Shown here: positions 31,187 to 40,837 of the stretch, piece after piece
Layout of the letters: every line of letters starts with the position of its first letter
Numbering within the stretch: the first letter of the stretch is position 1
Assembly (NCBI GenBank): GCA_963758495.1
Contig: CAVWVI010000001.1
Location: 288,001-352,000 of the forward strand
DNA: 64,000 nt
Direction of reading: 5' to 3'
Source of the DNA: Oligoflexia bacterium
GTDB taxonomy: Bacteria; Bdellovibrionota; UBA1018
The notes under the pieces: model-generated
Databases searched by the model: none
Seen by the model: only the letters and a program-made list of their open reading frames with translations
What the model was told of the DNA's origin: nothing
Position numbers and translations under genes: made by a program

Positions 31187-32761
31187 ATGCCTAAATATAT
31201 TCGGAGCATCGTTATTTTATGGGGATTAGTGAGGGTTCTTTCCACATCAAGTTACGCATCACCCAGCTTGAAAGAGAAGCTCGAGACGGCATGGAGTCGG
31301 TATGCATTCGCAAGGGAATCTCTCCTGAATATCTTGAAAGATCCTCATATCCCACCTGATCAGAAAAAAGTCTCAAGAGAGGTATGGGAAGGGTGGCTTG
31401 AAGTTCCTCCTGCCTATGTGCTCACCTCGGAAGACTTCGACGAACTCAATAGGGATCAGAAGAACCGAATCGATAAAGCAAGACATGAGGACGAAAGAAC
31501 ATCAAAAATCGATCTTCAGGCCTTGCGAGAGCTGACACCCTCTCGATCCAAGGAAGCCATCTCTCACTTTTGCTCAAAGTTTCCCAAAGGAGCACTGCTC
31601 CATATTCACCCCGGAGCAACCGTTCAACGAAACACAGCTAAAGCGATCTTAAATCATTACAATCCGAATCTTCCCTTCAGCTCGATTCTGAGAACTATCA
31701 ACACTCCAGACTCGGGGGACTATCTCTATCCAGATGAAATCAGCGTTGTGGAATCTATGGGAGCAGATCAACCCTTTCTCAATTTAGCGCATCAAAATCA
31801 GGAAAATTTCATTAACTTGATGTTCTTGCCTCCAGGAGTTCAGCCCTTCGAGAGATTTGACGCCACCTTTCTTTTCATTCGTCCTGCTCTGTTTGACTGG
31901 CCGGAAACCGAGTCGGCCTATCTTGAATTTGCGAAAAGAGCGGCAGCTGAAAGAGTTTCTTATGTTGAATTTACCACCGGAATCACGTCATCCTCCGTTA
32001 AAACCCTGACAGATATTGTGGACCGTATCGAAAAGCAGACCGGAGTGACCATTCGTCTCAATCGTGCATTTGTTCGAACTTCTCCCGATGCCGACCTGAG
32101 GTCCCAGCTTGCAGATCTTTTAACCTTTCAAAACGATCCTCATATTACGGGAATAGACCTAATCGGGAATGAAAACAGAAGATCGGCACTAGACGCTGGC
32201 CAGTATGTCTACGGGACGGTTCTCGCCGATGTTGAAGCAGGTCTCAGCAATCTCCACCGCACTATGCATGCCGGTGAACTAGGAGAACCGAGAGACCCTC
32301 GAGATGGCATCATTCTAGGCTCAGAACGCTTAGGACACGGAGTGAAACTCGCATATGACTCGGTCGCGCTAGAATATGCATCTCTTCACCACCTTCCGAT
32401 AGAAATCAACCTCTCAAGCAACCTCCGGTTGGGAGTTGTAGAAAGTCTAAAAACCCATCCCTTTCTGAAAGAACTTCGCTTAGGTCTTCCTGTCAGTTTG
32501 AGCACTGATGATGAGGGCATTTTTGAGATTGATATCAATCATGAATGTGAAGTCGCGATTGCAAAGACTGATGTCAATTATACCGAAATGAAACAAATGG
32601 CCTTGAATTCGATTCGGACTTCTTTTTTACCTGCAACAGAAAAGGAGCACTTACTGAAAAAACTAGAGGACGATCTCATTCGATTTGAGGATGAGGAAGG
32701 CTGTGGCGAGAATCACTCTGTGGCTCCGCGAATTTCTAGTCAAGCCGGCGCTAGAATGTGA
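31187..32761 (+). CDS. Secreted adenosine deaminase-like protein (ADA2/ADGF-like architecture)
   Basis: Signal peptide; PKGALLHIH, HAGE, RLGHG, SN and STDD motifs. Confidence 0.8.
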   Translation: MPKYIRSIVILWGLVRVLSTSSYASPSLKEKLETAWSRYAFARESLLNILKDPHIPPDQKKVSREVWEGWLEVPPAYVLTSEDFDELNRDQKNRIDKARHEDERTSKIDLQALRELTPSRSKEAISHFCSKFPKGALLHIHPGATVQRNTAKAILNHYNPNLPFSSILRTINTPDSGDYLYPDEISVVESMGADQPFLNLAHQNQENFINLMFLPPGVQPFERFDATFLFIRPALFDWPETESAYLEFAKRAAAERVSYVEFTTGITSSSVKTLTDIVDRIEKQTGVTIRLNRAFVRTSPDADLRSQLADLLTFQNDPHITGIDLIGNENRRSALDAGQYVYGTVLADVEAGLSNLHRTMHAGELGEPRDPRDGIILGSERLGHGVKLAYDSVALEYASLHHLPIEINLSSNLRLGVVESLKTHPFLKELRLGLPVSLSTDDEGIFEIDINHECEVAIAKTDVNYTEMKQMALNSIRTSFLPATEKEHLLKKLEDDLIRFEDEEGCGENHSVAPRISSQAGARM

Positions 32762-32796
32762 AAAAGTCCGTTACAGTAAGATTGCCAATTGAGGAT

Positions 32797-33018
32797 TCAT
32801 CCTGTTTTTTGCTGGGGATTTTCCTCGCTACCTTCACACTCGTCTACATGATTACCGTGGATACGATGAAAATGTCCGTCGTGAACATAGTCAACATGAT
32901 CCCCATGCTGAACGGCCTTGCAGCCGCAACTCTCTCCATGCTGGTGGTCGTGATGTTCGTGAATGTTGCAAGAGTCACTTACTGAATTTTCTCTTTCTGA
33001 GCTTGTTTTTGCCATCAT
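32797..33018 (-). CDS. Small His/Cys-rich putative metal-binding protein
   Basis: HEHHDHQHGESCGCKAVQHGDHVDYVHDGHFH; GAGGAG RBS. Confidence 0.75.
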   Translation of the reverse strand: MMAKTSSERENSVSDSCNIHEHHDHQHGESCGCKAVQHGDHVDYVHDGHFHRIHGNHVDECEGSEENPQQKTG

Positions 33019-33065
33019 TTACTCCTCTTTTGTTGTTCAAAGTAATCGGCTTTCATGGTCCTATT

Positions 33066-33434
33066 TCATTTCCTGTTTTCCTGAGGGTCTATTAAATTTT
33101 CTTCACCCATGTTTGGATCGTCTTCTCTATCCTCAATCTTGAGATCACTTTTGGAATCCTCTTTTCTCTCGACATCACCGCTATAAACATCATTGTCGTA
33201 TTCCTCGATAGAGCGGTAACCATCGTAGCTAAGCTCACTTTTAAAGTTGGGATCGTTCGTGTCAAGACTGTCTCCAAAATTGGCCATTTCCTCTTTGTCT
33301 ACTTCCTCGAGTTTTTCCTCGGCCACATTCTTTTTGACTAGCTTTAGCGCGGCCCCCGAAGCTTTCTTAGCTGAAACTTCTTTTGGTTTTACTTCGCTTT
33401 TTCGACGCTTAGGTTGATTCATAATTATGTCCAC
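33066..33434 (-). CDS. Hypothetical protein with basic N-terminus and acidic C-terminus
   Basis: Charged low-complexity ORF downstream of a sigma54-like site. Confidence 0.6.
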   Translation of the reverse strand: MDIIMNQPKRRKSEVKPKEVSAKKASGAALKLVKKNVAEEKLEEVDKEEMANFGDSLDTNDPNFKSELSYDGYRSIEEYDNDVYSGDVERKEDSKSDLKIEDREDDPNMGEENLIDPQENRK

Positions 33435-33503
33435 CGGCTGAACCTCGCCAAGCTGCGATCTTCAGCTCATTTATGAATTGCAGTTTCCAACAATTAAATA
33501 AAA

Positions 33504-33520
33504 TGCATCGAATATGCCCA
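33504..33520 (-). promoter_or_regulatory. Putative sigma54 promoter
   Basis: TGGGCATATTCGATGCA, identical to 28255-28271. Confidence 0.55.
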
Positions 33521-33641
33521 CTTCGACGGCAGACGGTTTAACTTGTAATCGGCACAATGCAAGCAATAGCTTCTTTCACAATAAACCAGCAGGCAGTTTT
33601 ACCCTCCAATTAGGATTAAATATTTATGGAGTATTAAAGTA

Positions 33642-33890
33642 ATGAAAATCGCCACTGCAGCCCAAATGAGGGAGATGGACCGTCAGAGTATTGAAAGATT
33701 TCACGTCCCGGGTCTGATCCTCATGGAAAATGCAGCTCTTCGGGTCGTGGAGATCTTGACAGAACGTTTCGGGTCTCTAAAGAATAAATGCATCGCAGTT
33801 GTCTGTGGCAATGGTAATAATGGCGGCGACGGCCTAGAAATCGCCCGTTGCCAAAAAGAGGATCAGGAGGATCATAATGAGTCCTGCTAA
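33642..33890 (+). pseudogene. NAD(P)H-hydrate epimerase (YjeF-N/NnrE) N-terminal fragment
   Basis: MREMD...LMENAA...CGNGNNGGDG, then an abrupt end. Confidence 0.8.
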
Positions 33891-33911
33891 AATCAAGAAG
33901 GGACTACTCTG

Positions 33912-34715
33912 ATGTGGCACTGGCTTCGCGACCTCCGGCACAGAAAAATTCTTCAAACCCCATTTCCTCCCTACTGGGAAACGATTCTCGAAAATAATGT
34001 CACTCACTATCGCCGATTGTATCCGGAAGGGTGCCATCAGTTACAGCACCTAGTTCAGGTTTTCGTCGCCGAAAAGCATTGGGAGGGATGCGGAGGGCTG
34101 GTATTAACCGATGAAATACGAGTTACAATCGCGGCGCAAGCCTGCCTGATGATTCTTGCCTTGCCTCACGATCTTTACCGCGATGTGGAATCGATTTTCG
34201 TTTACCCATCGACGGTCATGACTCCTGAGCGAAGACCGGGAGTATTCGAAATCTCTATGAGCCCAACCCCGACATCTATACCGATCCTAGGACAAGCTCA
34301 ATACAAAGGGCCAGTGATTCTGGCTTGGGATTCAGTCAAACGAACGGCGCGGCATCCGGAAAGCGGCCATAACGTCGTTTATCATGAGTTTGCACACAAG
34401 CTTGACCTACTCAATGGAGAAGCGAACGGGACACCGCCACTTTCTAGCCCTGAGGAGTACAGACGATGGAAAGAAGTCTGTGAGAGGGAGTTCCTGCGTC
34501 TCCGCGCAGAATCAAAAAACGGCAGACATACTTTTCTAGATTCCTATGGTGCTACCCATGAATCGGAATTTTTCGCCGTCGTAACCGAAAAGTTCTTCGA
34601 TCAGCCTTTGGATCTCCTGAAGCACGGCCCGGAATTGTATGGAGTATTGAAGGATTTTTATCGGCAAGATCCAGCAATCCTAGTGATGCCGATCCCAAAT
34701 CAGAAAAGAAATTAA
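33912..34715 (+). CDS. Zinc-dependent peptidase, M90/MtfA family
   Basis: IAAQAC, NVVYHEFAHKLD, EFFAVVTE. Confidence 0.9.
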   Translation: MWHWLRDLRHRKILQTPFPPYWETILENNVTHYRRLYPEGCHQLQHLVQVFVAEKHWEGCGGLVLTDEIRVTIAAQACLMILALPHDLYRDVESIFVYPSTVMTPERRPGVFEISMSPTPTSIPILGQAQYKGPVILAWDSVKRTARHPESGHNVVYHEFAHKLDLLNGEANGTPPLSSPEEYRRWKEVCEREFLRLRAESKNGRHTFLDSYGATHESEFFAVVTEKFFDQPLDLLKHGPELYGVLKDFYRQDPAILVMPIPNQKRN

Positions 34716-34754
34716 GAGCAGGTACTCTTTTTGCTTCTTTCAAAAGGAAGATAA

Positions 34755-35138
34755 GTGAAGGAGATGTTTATAAGCATCACATTAGATCACACTATTGTGC
34801 CAGCACATAACAAGGAGGCGTCAGCAAGGTTTTTCGCAAACCTCTTTGGGCTCAGTTACGATGGTTTGATGGGCCCATTTGCGCCTGTTCGAATAAATGA
34901 AACACTTACACTTGATTTCGACGATCGCCGGGAGAATTTCGAATGGCACCATTATGCTTTTCATGTGAGCGACAAAGAATTTGACACCATTCTGAACCGT
35001 ATCAAAGCCGCAGGCATCAGCTACGGAAGTGCGCCTTGGTCTTTGGAAGATAAAAAAATCAACGACAAGCGAGGCGGCCGCGGCGTCTATTTCTGCGAAT
35101 TGAACGGCCACATATTGGAACTTCTCACTCATGCTTGA
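34755..35138 (+). CDS. VOC/glyoxalase family protein
   Basis: LDHTIV, HYAFHV, GGRGVYF...LELLT. Confidence 0.9.
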   Translation: MKEMFISITLDHTIVPAHNKEASARFFANLFGLSYDGLMGPFAPVRINETLTLDFDDRRENFEWHHYAFHVSDKEFDTILNRIKAAGISYGSAPWSLEDKKINDKRGGRGVYFCELNGHILELLTHA

Positions 35139-35246
35139 ACGGGGGGAGTCATTGTAATTTAATCAGGTGCTCTATAGATGAAACAAGTGGGTACTATCAG
35201 CGTCATTTTGATAGAACTTTTGCGGAAAAATTAAAAAGGTTTCAAG

Positions 35247-35397
35247 TTGTATTTCATGCTCCAGTTCCTCCATCGAACTACCGCGCTTCCGGCTTGCTGC
35301 TTGTTCACTCGCTCGCATCCCGCTCGCGCCCGGCTACGCCGGTACCGTGAACAAGACCTTAGAGAGGAAAGCATTGAAAGATAGTTATGTTTTTTTT
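35247..35397 (+). repeat. Left copy of the ~150-bp structured inverted repeat flanking the HNH gene
   Basis: 35247-35355 matches the reverse complement of 40880-40988 at 105/109. The next 42 nt align ungapped with about 10 mismatches. Confidence 0.9.
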
Positions 35398-35614
35398 AAA
35401 ATAAAAATGAATCAATCAAAGCTGAGGTAGGCCGCCATTTTTTTTGCCCCGTAAGTCTCGATTGCTCTCATTCTATTATGCATTGAACACTTTAATTCAA
35501 GATTCTCCACAGTGTTCGGTCCGCCGAAACCAAATGGAATGATGTGGTCTTGACGTCCTCCCCTGCCTAAAGGCTGGCCTTGCGGCCACCTGCCCAACGC
35601 AGGAGGGGATTCCC

Positions 35615-38600
35615 TTAAGCGACTTTCGTCGCTCTTAGCGATTCACGCCCGAATCGGAGAATATTTCTAGCTGCATTAACGTCACGATCGTGATGAGCAT
35701 GACATTCGCTGCAAGTCCACTCTCTTACCCCAAGACCACTTAGTCCGCTCGGACCTGTTTTTGTATGACAGTTCGAGCAAGTGACCGTGGAGGAACTTTC
35801 ATTCACTTCGTAGTAGTTTCCTGAATGCCTAATGGCTTTATACTTCAAGAGATTTCGGATGATTCCGAACGAAGCGTCTGCTGAACTTTTTCCACTTCCT
35901 GCTTGTGTGAACTTTCCGCTCACATTACCAACATACAAAGTGTTGGCTTTTCTTACTGCTTTTGTAGTCTCCTTATGTACATAGTCTTTCCGTTTGTTTT
36001 TAATCTTCGCGTGAATCTTCTTAACTCGTTTCTTTTTATTGGCTCGCTGCGCTGTAGCAAGCTCATCTTCGAGTTTTCTAAATTCACTGTTATTTTTTAT
36101 GAAACTTCCATCACTGAATGTCATTGAAGTCTTTAGGCCGGGATCTCCACCTAATTCTTCTATAGGGTGCTTGTGATCTATTTTTGAGACTTCACAAGCA
36201 AGATTCACGTACCAACGACCCTGAGCGTCTTGAGAAAATGAACCAGACAAGATTCGACCTTCAATCGGACGAGAGAGCCATATCTTGTAGCTATGCCCAA
36301 GGTAACAAACCCTGTGACCGTCCACTTGAATTGAATTCGCCTTGAATGGAATCCAGCCCAATGAACGCCTTGAGCCCCTAGATGTGCGCCAACGGAGCTT
36401 CCTTTTTTTGAACTGGATTCTCCGAATTACGTATTCTTCACAGATTGCCTGCACAGTTACACTATTAAGTCCAAGCTCTTGAGAGGAGCCCGAAGTCAGA
36501 TTTTTTAGGTCTATGGCTGAAAGAAATTCTCCATGATTTCGAATGGCATTGAAAGAAGTATCGTTGTCGAGTAAGGGGTAAACCTTACGGTTTACCCCTC
36601 CTCTAAGAACGCATCGTGCGAGTTTCCCCGCAATACGCTCAAGCCTCTCTGATACCCTTTGCAGGATACGGTTCACGTTGATGGAGTATTTCGTGACAGA
36701 TGGAATGAACTAATTCAAGATTGCTCATTTTATTACTGCCACCTAAACTCTTTTTGACCTTGTGGTGGACTGCCCACCCGGATTTAAAGAAAATAGGCTT
36801 TTTGCAATAAGAACAAGCTTTTTCTTGTAAGCTGTAGAGGTACATGCGGGACTTGATCGCTTGAGAACCGAGAGACATTTTTTGCTTCTGTCGATCCTCA
36901 AAGTATCGATCCCAGTCCGGATCATATGGGTTGGCTGCTGCTCTGACCTTGATATGACGGCTAATCTTAGTAGCCGCCATGTTATTTAGTTCAACGTATT
37001 CCCAGGTCCCATCCTCTGCTTTTTTCTTCCCGAAGAAAACCCAGTTCCGATCTCCATTAGTTCGGAAGTACTTTTGTTTAATCCATTTCCTGGATTTAAA
37101 GGGATGCCTTCGGTTCGACCATTTCCACAGAGCATGATAAATACTCATCGCCATGCGCTGGAAAGTTTTTGCACTACATACGTGACGATAATAATTGGCC
37201 CAACCCCTAATAAGTGGGTTGAGAAGATCAATTACAAGCGTCGGTTTTGCCTGCTTATTCTTTCGGATTATTTCCCGTATTTTATCTGACACCCTCTTCA
37301 CATTTGCTTTAGCTGGCTTTGTGATGAGTGTGCCTTTATACTTACGGAAATTAAAACCTAGGAAATCAAATCCATCCTCTATATGTGTGATCTTAGTTTT
37401 CTCTTTCGATAGCTCGAGACCACGTTCCTTCAGGAAATCTACGATCATTGGTTTGACCGATTGTTCGAGAATTTCCTTCGAGGCGCCAGTGACAATAAAG
37501 TCATCCGCATATTTGACGATGTTCACCTTGTATTTCATTATGATTCTTGGATTTGCTCTGAAGGTCGCATATAAACGACGCTCTAGGCCATCTAAGGTCA
37601 TATTTGCTATTACAGGGGATGCGATTCCCCCCTGAGGGGTCCCTTCGTTCGTTGGGTTCAGGATTTGATTTTCTATATATCCGGCTTTCAACCATCCTTT
37701 TAGAATCTTCTTTTCCATTGGAATATTATTTTCCAACCAGGTGTGATTAATTTTATCAAAGCAGGATTTAATATCTCCTTCTAAGATCCAACGTGCACTT
37801 CCCGGTTTCCCTAATGCCAGAAAACACTGTTCCATCGCGTCCTGAGTAGAACGCTCTTTCCTGAATCCGTATGAATTAGGATCAGCAGTGCTTTCTGCGA
37901 CAGGGTCCAGTCCCATGAGATAGAGAGCTTGCATCGCCCTGCATTTCATAGTTGGAATCGAAATAGGCCTTTGTCGGCCATCTTTCTTTGGAATATAGAT
38001 TCTTCGGAGTGGCTGAGGTCGATATCCACGCTGTCGAAGCGAGTATACTGCTCGCATCTTTTCCTCGGGTGTTTTCCATATTTTCTGGTCAACACCTGGG
38101 GTATTTCTTCCATCATTTTCGGTCACTCTGCGCACTGCCAAAAGCTTTGCGTTTTGTGATCGAGTTAGTAGGTATTGGAGCGATTTAACTCGTCCCCACC
38201 TACCTTCTTTCGTTGCCTTTACGATACGTGCCTGAAGACGACTCACTTCTTGGATTGCCGAATCCCAGCTAGTGGATTCCCATTCTTTGATAAAGTGAGA
38301 GGCCGCACCAGTAGATAGTGTTTTTGAATTGCCATTTACCGTCATCTGCTTTGCCTCCTTTATCGCTTTGTCAGGTTATTTCGTAATGAGAGACCCGGTA
38401 GAAGTCAGCTCGCTTTCACGCCGGTAATTAAACCGTATTCGATTCGTTATAAATCGACTTTCGCTTTCTCTACCATCCTTTACCTACATGCCTATGGGCT
38501 CGTCTTGCGACTCACTTTCCGTTTAAGGAGGCATGTAGGCTTACCGAGTTTCGTTGTTAAAACATCAATCGATTTAGGCTCGCCCTATTCACCGACAGCA

Positions 38601-39069
38601 TTGGTCCATGATGAGAGATACAGCACAGCTCTCATTCCCAGCTGCTTGCCTTTTGGCTCAAGTCTATCAGCACCTTTGACTTGTTATGGATTACGGCGTT
38701 TATCAGGCATTCACTTATGTTAGCCCTGTCGACTATCCTAGCCCTGATCCGCTTTAGTGCTAGCAGAATTGATCTGGACTCACGTCCAAATCTAGGTAAT
38801 TGACCCAGGATACATTGTCAGAGTGCTTCATACGGATTGTTACCTCTCCGCATTTACTCCTAGGATACTTGCTATGGAAGGCAAGGTTACATCGCCTCGC
38901 AGGCTTATAACAATTTTAGCAACGACTTTCCTCGTCGCACGCAGTAATTCCACACAAAATTAACAGCACGAGCAAGCTGGTCGAGTCTGTTTAATTCTGA
39001 GGCGTCCTTGATCCTATAGCGTAAGGTTGTTGTCACCTTGTTAGGATCTTTTTCCTTTCTCTTAGCCAT
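35615..39069 (-). CDS. tnpB: TnpB split by a group II intron (exon 1 39069-38941, exon 2 36565-35615; ~359 aa spliced)
   Basis: Phase-0 join ...NFVWNYC|NDTSFNAI...; GGDPGLK, zinc finger CSNC/CSEC, HDRDVNAARN. Confidence 0.9.
36566..38940 (-). mobile_element. Group II intron (2375 nt, IIB/chloroplast-like class)
   Basis: 5' end GTGCG at 38940. Domain V GAGCGTATTGCGGGGAAACTCGCACGATGCGTTC at 36640-36607. Domain VI hairpin GGGGTAAACC..GGTTTACCCC with bulged A. 3' end AC at 36566. Confidence 0.93.
36639..38345 (-). CDS. ltrA: Group II intron reverse transcriptase/maturase with C-terminal HNH endonuclease
   Basis: TPGVD, SYGFR, GDIKSCFD, GTPQGG, YADD, GWANYY, CxxC...HH...N...H; GGAGG RBS. Confidence 0.95.
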   Translation of the reverse strand: MTVNGNSKTLSTGAASHFIKEWESTSWDSAIQEVSRLQARIVKATKEGRWGRVKSLQYLLTRSQNAKLLAVRRVTENDGRNTPGVDQKIWKTPEEKMRAVYSLRQRGYRPQPLRRIYIPKKDGRQRPISIPTMKCRAMQALYLMGLDPVAESTADPNSYGFRKERSTQDAMEQCFLALGKPGSARWILEGDIKSCFDKINHTWLENNIPMEKKILKGWLKAGYIENQILNPTNEGTPQGGIASPVIANMTLDGLERRLYATFRANPRIIMKYKVNIVKYADDFIVTGASKEILEQSVKPMIVDFLKERGLELSKEKTKITHIEDGFDFLGFNFRKYKGTLITKPAKANVKRVSDKIREIIRKNKQAKPTLVIDLLNPLIRGWANYYRHVCSAKTFQRMAMSIYHALWKWSNRRHPFKSRKWIKQKYFRTNGDRNWVFFGKKKAEDGTWEYVELNNMAATKISRHIKVRAAANPYDPDWDRYFEDRQKQKMSLGSQAIKSRMYLYSLQEKACSYCKKPIFFKSGWAVHHKVKKSLGGSNKMSNLELVHSICHEILHQREPYPAKGIREA

Positions 39070-39120
39070 TTTTCGCTTGGGCTTTATCATCAACATTTGC
39101 ACTTACGATTACATTGGTCT

Positions 39121-39594
39121 ATGACAGTGTCAATGAGAAATATTAAAAGCCCAAAGAATAGTCCTGAGGCTATAGCTAAGCGAAAAACACCAGGAATTAG
39201 GCATGGACGCCATTGCGTATTTCTGATGCATGTGCATTTAGTATTTGTAGCCAAATATCGCAAAAAATTATTTACGAAAGAAATTTTAAATTTCATGGAA
39301 GAGATATTTAGAGACGTTTGCAAGGACTTCGATGCTGAGCTAAAAGAATTCAATGGTGAAAGTGACCACGTTCATCTCTTAATTAACTACCCATCCAAGA
39401 TTGCAGTCTCAAACTTAGTTAATAGCCTGAAAGGGGTTTCATCTCGACATGTACGGAAAAAGCAATTTCCTTCACTCCACAAATATATTTGGATGGATGC
39501 TCTTTGGACCCCAAGCTATTTTGCTGGATCATGTGGCGGTGCTCCTCTGGAAGTCATCAAACAATACATTGAACAACAGAAACCACCACACTAA
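39121..39594 (+). CDS. tnpA: IS200/IS605 Y1 HUH transposase
   Basis: HLVFVAKYR, ESDHVHLL (HUH), LKGVSS, KQYIEQQ. Start codon uncertain. Confidence 0.92.
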   Translation: MTVSMRNIKSPKNSPEAIAKRKTPGIRHGRHCVFLMHVHLVFVAKYRKKLFTKEILNFMEEIFRDVCKDFDAELKEFNGESDHVHLLINYPSKIAVSNLVNSLKGVSSRHVRKKQFPSLHKYIWMDALWTPSYFAGSCGGAPLEVIKQYIEQQKPPH

Positions 39595-40837
39595 AGTGCG
39601 GACGCCTTATATCCCCGGGATGAACCCCGGGGTTTTACGGCGCGTGTGATAATGAATTGCATGCGAAGATCCGCATTTTCGACCACTCGTGGGATCGACA
39701 TACTGACATTTTCCTTCATCACGATAATAAACAGTACGTTTCACTTCGGCTGGAATATATCGCGTCGGTGCTTGAGTTGGAGCTTCATCAGCCGTAGCTA
39801 TAGGCTCTCCCACGACTACCGTAGCACTTTGATTCGTCTTCACTTTTTCTCCGACGCCGGAGCGGACCTCACTTAGTTTGTGCGTAGACTTAGGCTCCGA
39901 CTTTTGAGGGAGTTTAGGCTTGAGTTTCTCCAGGCTTAACTTTGCCATTTCAGTGAACAATTCACTCAGCGTGAGATGAGGGTATTTGTTTGCGAGGAGG
40001 CCCCTCACTTCTTCCAATTGATCCAGCAGCGTCTGATCCGCCACAAAACGAACTTCAGAATGGGTCGGAGTCACAGACTTGATCTGGTCAGGCTTTTGAA
40101 TCGCAAGCGGCTGTGAAGAGTGTTGTATCAGTTCCCTTTCCGCTTCCCGACTGGATTTATTCATTAAATTTTCGAGAATCTCTTTTTTCTTCTCCAAATC
40201 AATTGGCTTTTTCAACTCCGCTTCCGTTTGAAATAGTCTTTGTGCCATCGCCGCGTTTGAAAGAGTGATTGTTCCTTTTTCAATTTCGTTTTCGACTTCT
40301 GGCATTTCAGTCAATAATATCATCGCACTTATTCTTCTCTGAGCCGCCCCGTCTGAAAACCCCAATTCCCGAGTGACATATTTAAAAAGCGACCGATAAC
40401 CCAGCGTCGCAAAAAGACGCCTCCGATAGACTTCCTGAAGATGATGCAGAACTTCTAAAGTAATTTTTCTCTCCTCTTCTGCGAGAGATTTTATTTTCCG
40501 TAAGAGTTCTTCATTATTGAGTTTGCGAATTGAATATGTCATCGATATACTTTCTGTGTAAATTTTCTTTCAATCACCCTAACACAGGTTTTAAAACTCA
40601 AAAATTACGCACGAGGATTGGGTATTGCTGATTTTTTAATATTCTTTATAGCCCTGCGCCAAACTCCGCCAGGAAAGGCTCCTGAAGTCATAAGAAAGGC
40701 TAAAAAAAGCATTTTAGAAAGGTTTGGCTATTGTCTAAATTGCATTTGAGATTTTGTTCAAAACAGTGTCAAGCCCGAAATCGAATCTTGGTAACTAAAG
40801 TAGCTTTTTTCTCCGACGCCGGAGTTTGCCTTTAGCA

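Larger units (their letters stand above)
35550..39648 (-). mobile_element. IS200/IS605-family element with divergent tnpA/tnpB; 1724 bp without the intron
   Basis: Inserted 3' of TTAT (39652-39649). Left-end hairpin CCCCGGGGTTCATCCCGGGG. Right end ...GGGGAGGACGTCAA at 35550. No target duplication. Confidence 0.92.
35412..40542 (-). pseudogene. HNH endonuclease (DUF222-like helical N-terminus plus C-terminal HNH), 343 aa when rejoined, split by the IS605 element
   Basis: 40542-39649 ends ...CQYVDPTSGRKCGSSHAIHY and 35549-35412 continues in frame as DHIIPFGFGGPNTVENLELKCSMHN... Confidence 0.9.

Noticed and set aside
35235..35246. Target-site duplication around the HNH inverted-repeat unit
   Set aside because: The flanks (...TTTCAAG and GTAAGTA...) show no convincing direct repeat.
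35135..35350. ORFs 35135-35350, 40758-41021 and 40832-41017 sharing SLASRSRPATPVP-like peptides
   Set aside because: The similarity comes from translating the inverted repeat; there is no consistent frame or start.
36566..36676. N-terminal 37 aa of ORF-track ORF 35615-36676 as the TnpB start
   Set aside because: It is read-through of the maturase 3' end and intron domains V-VI. The real N-terminus is exon 1 at 39069-38941.
36639..38345. RT as a retron, DGR or defence RT
   Set aside because: It lies inside canonical group II intron boundaries and has maturase and En domains.
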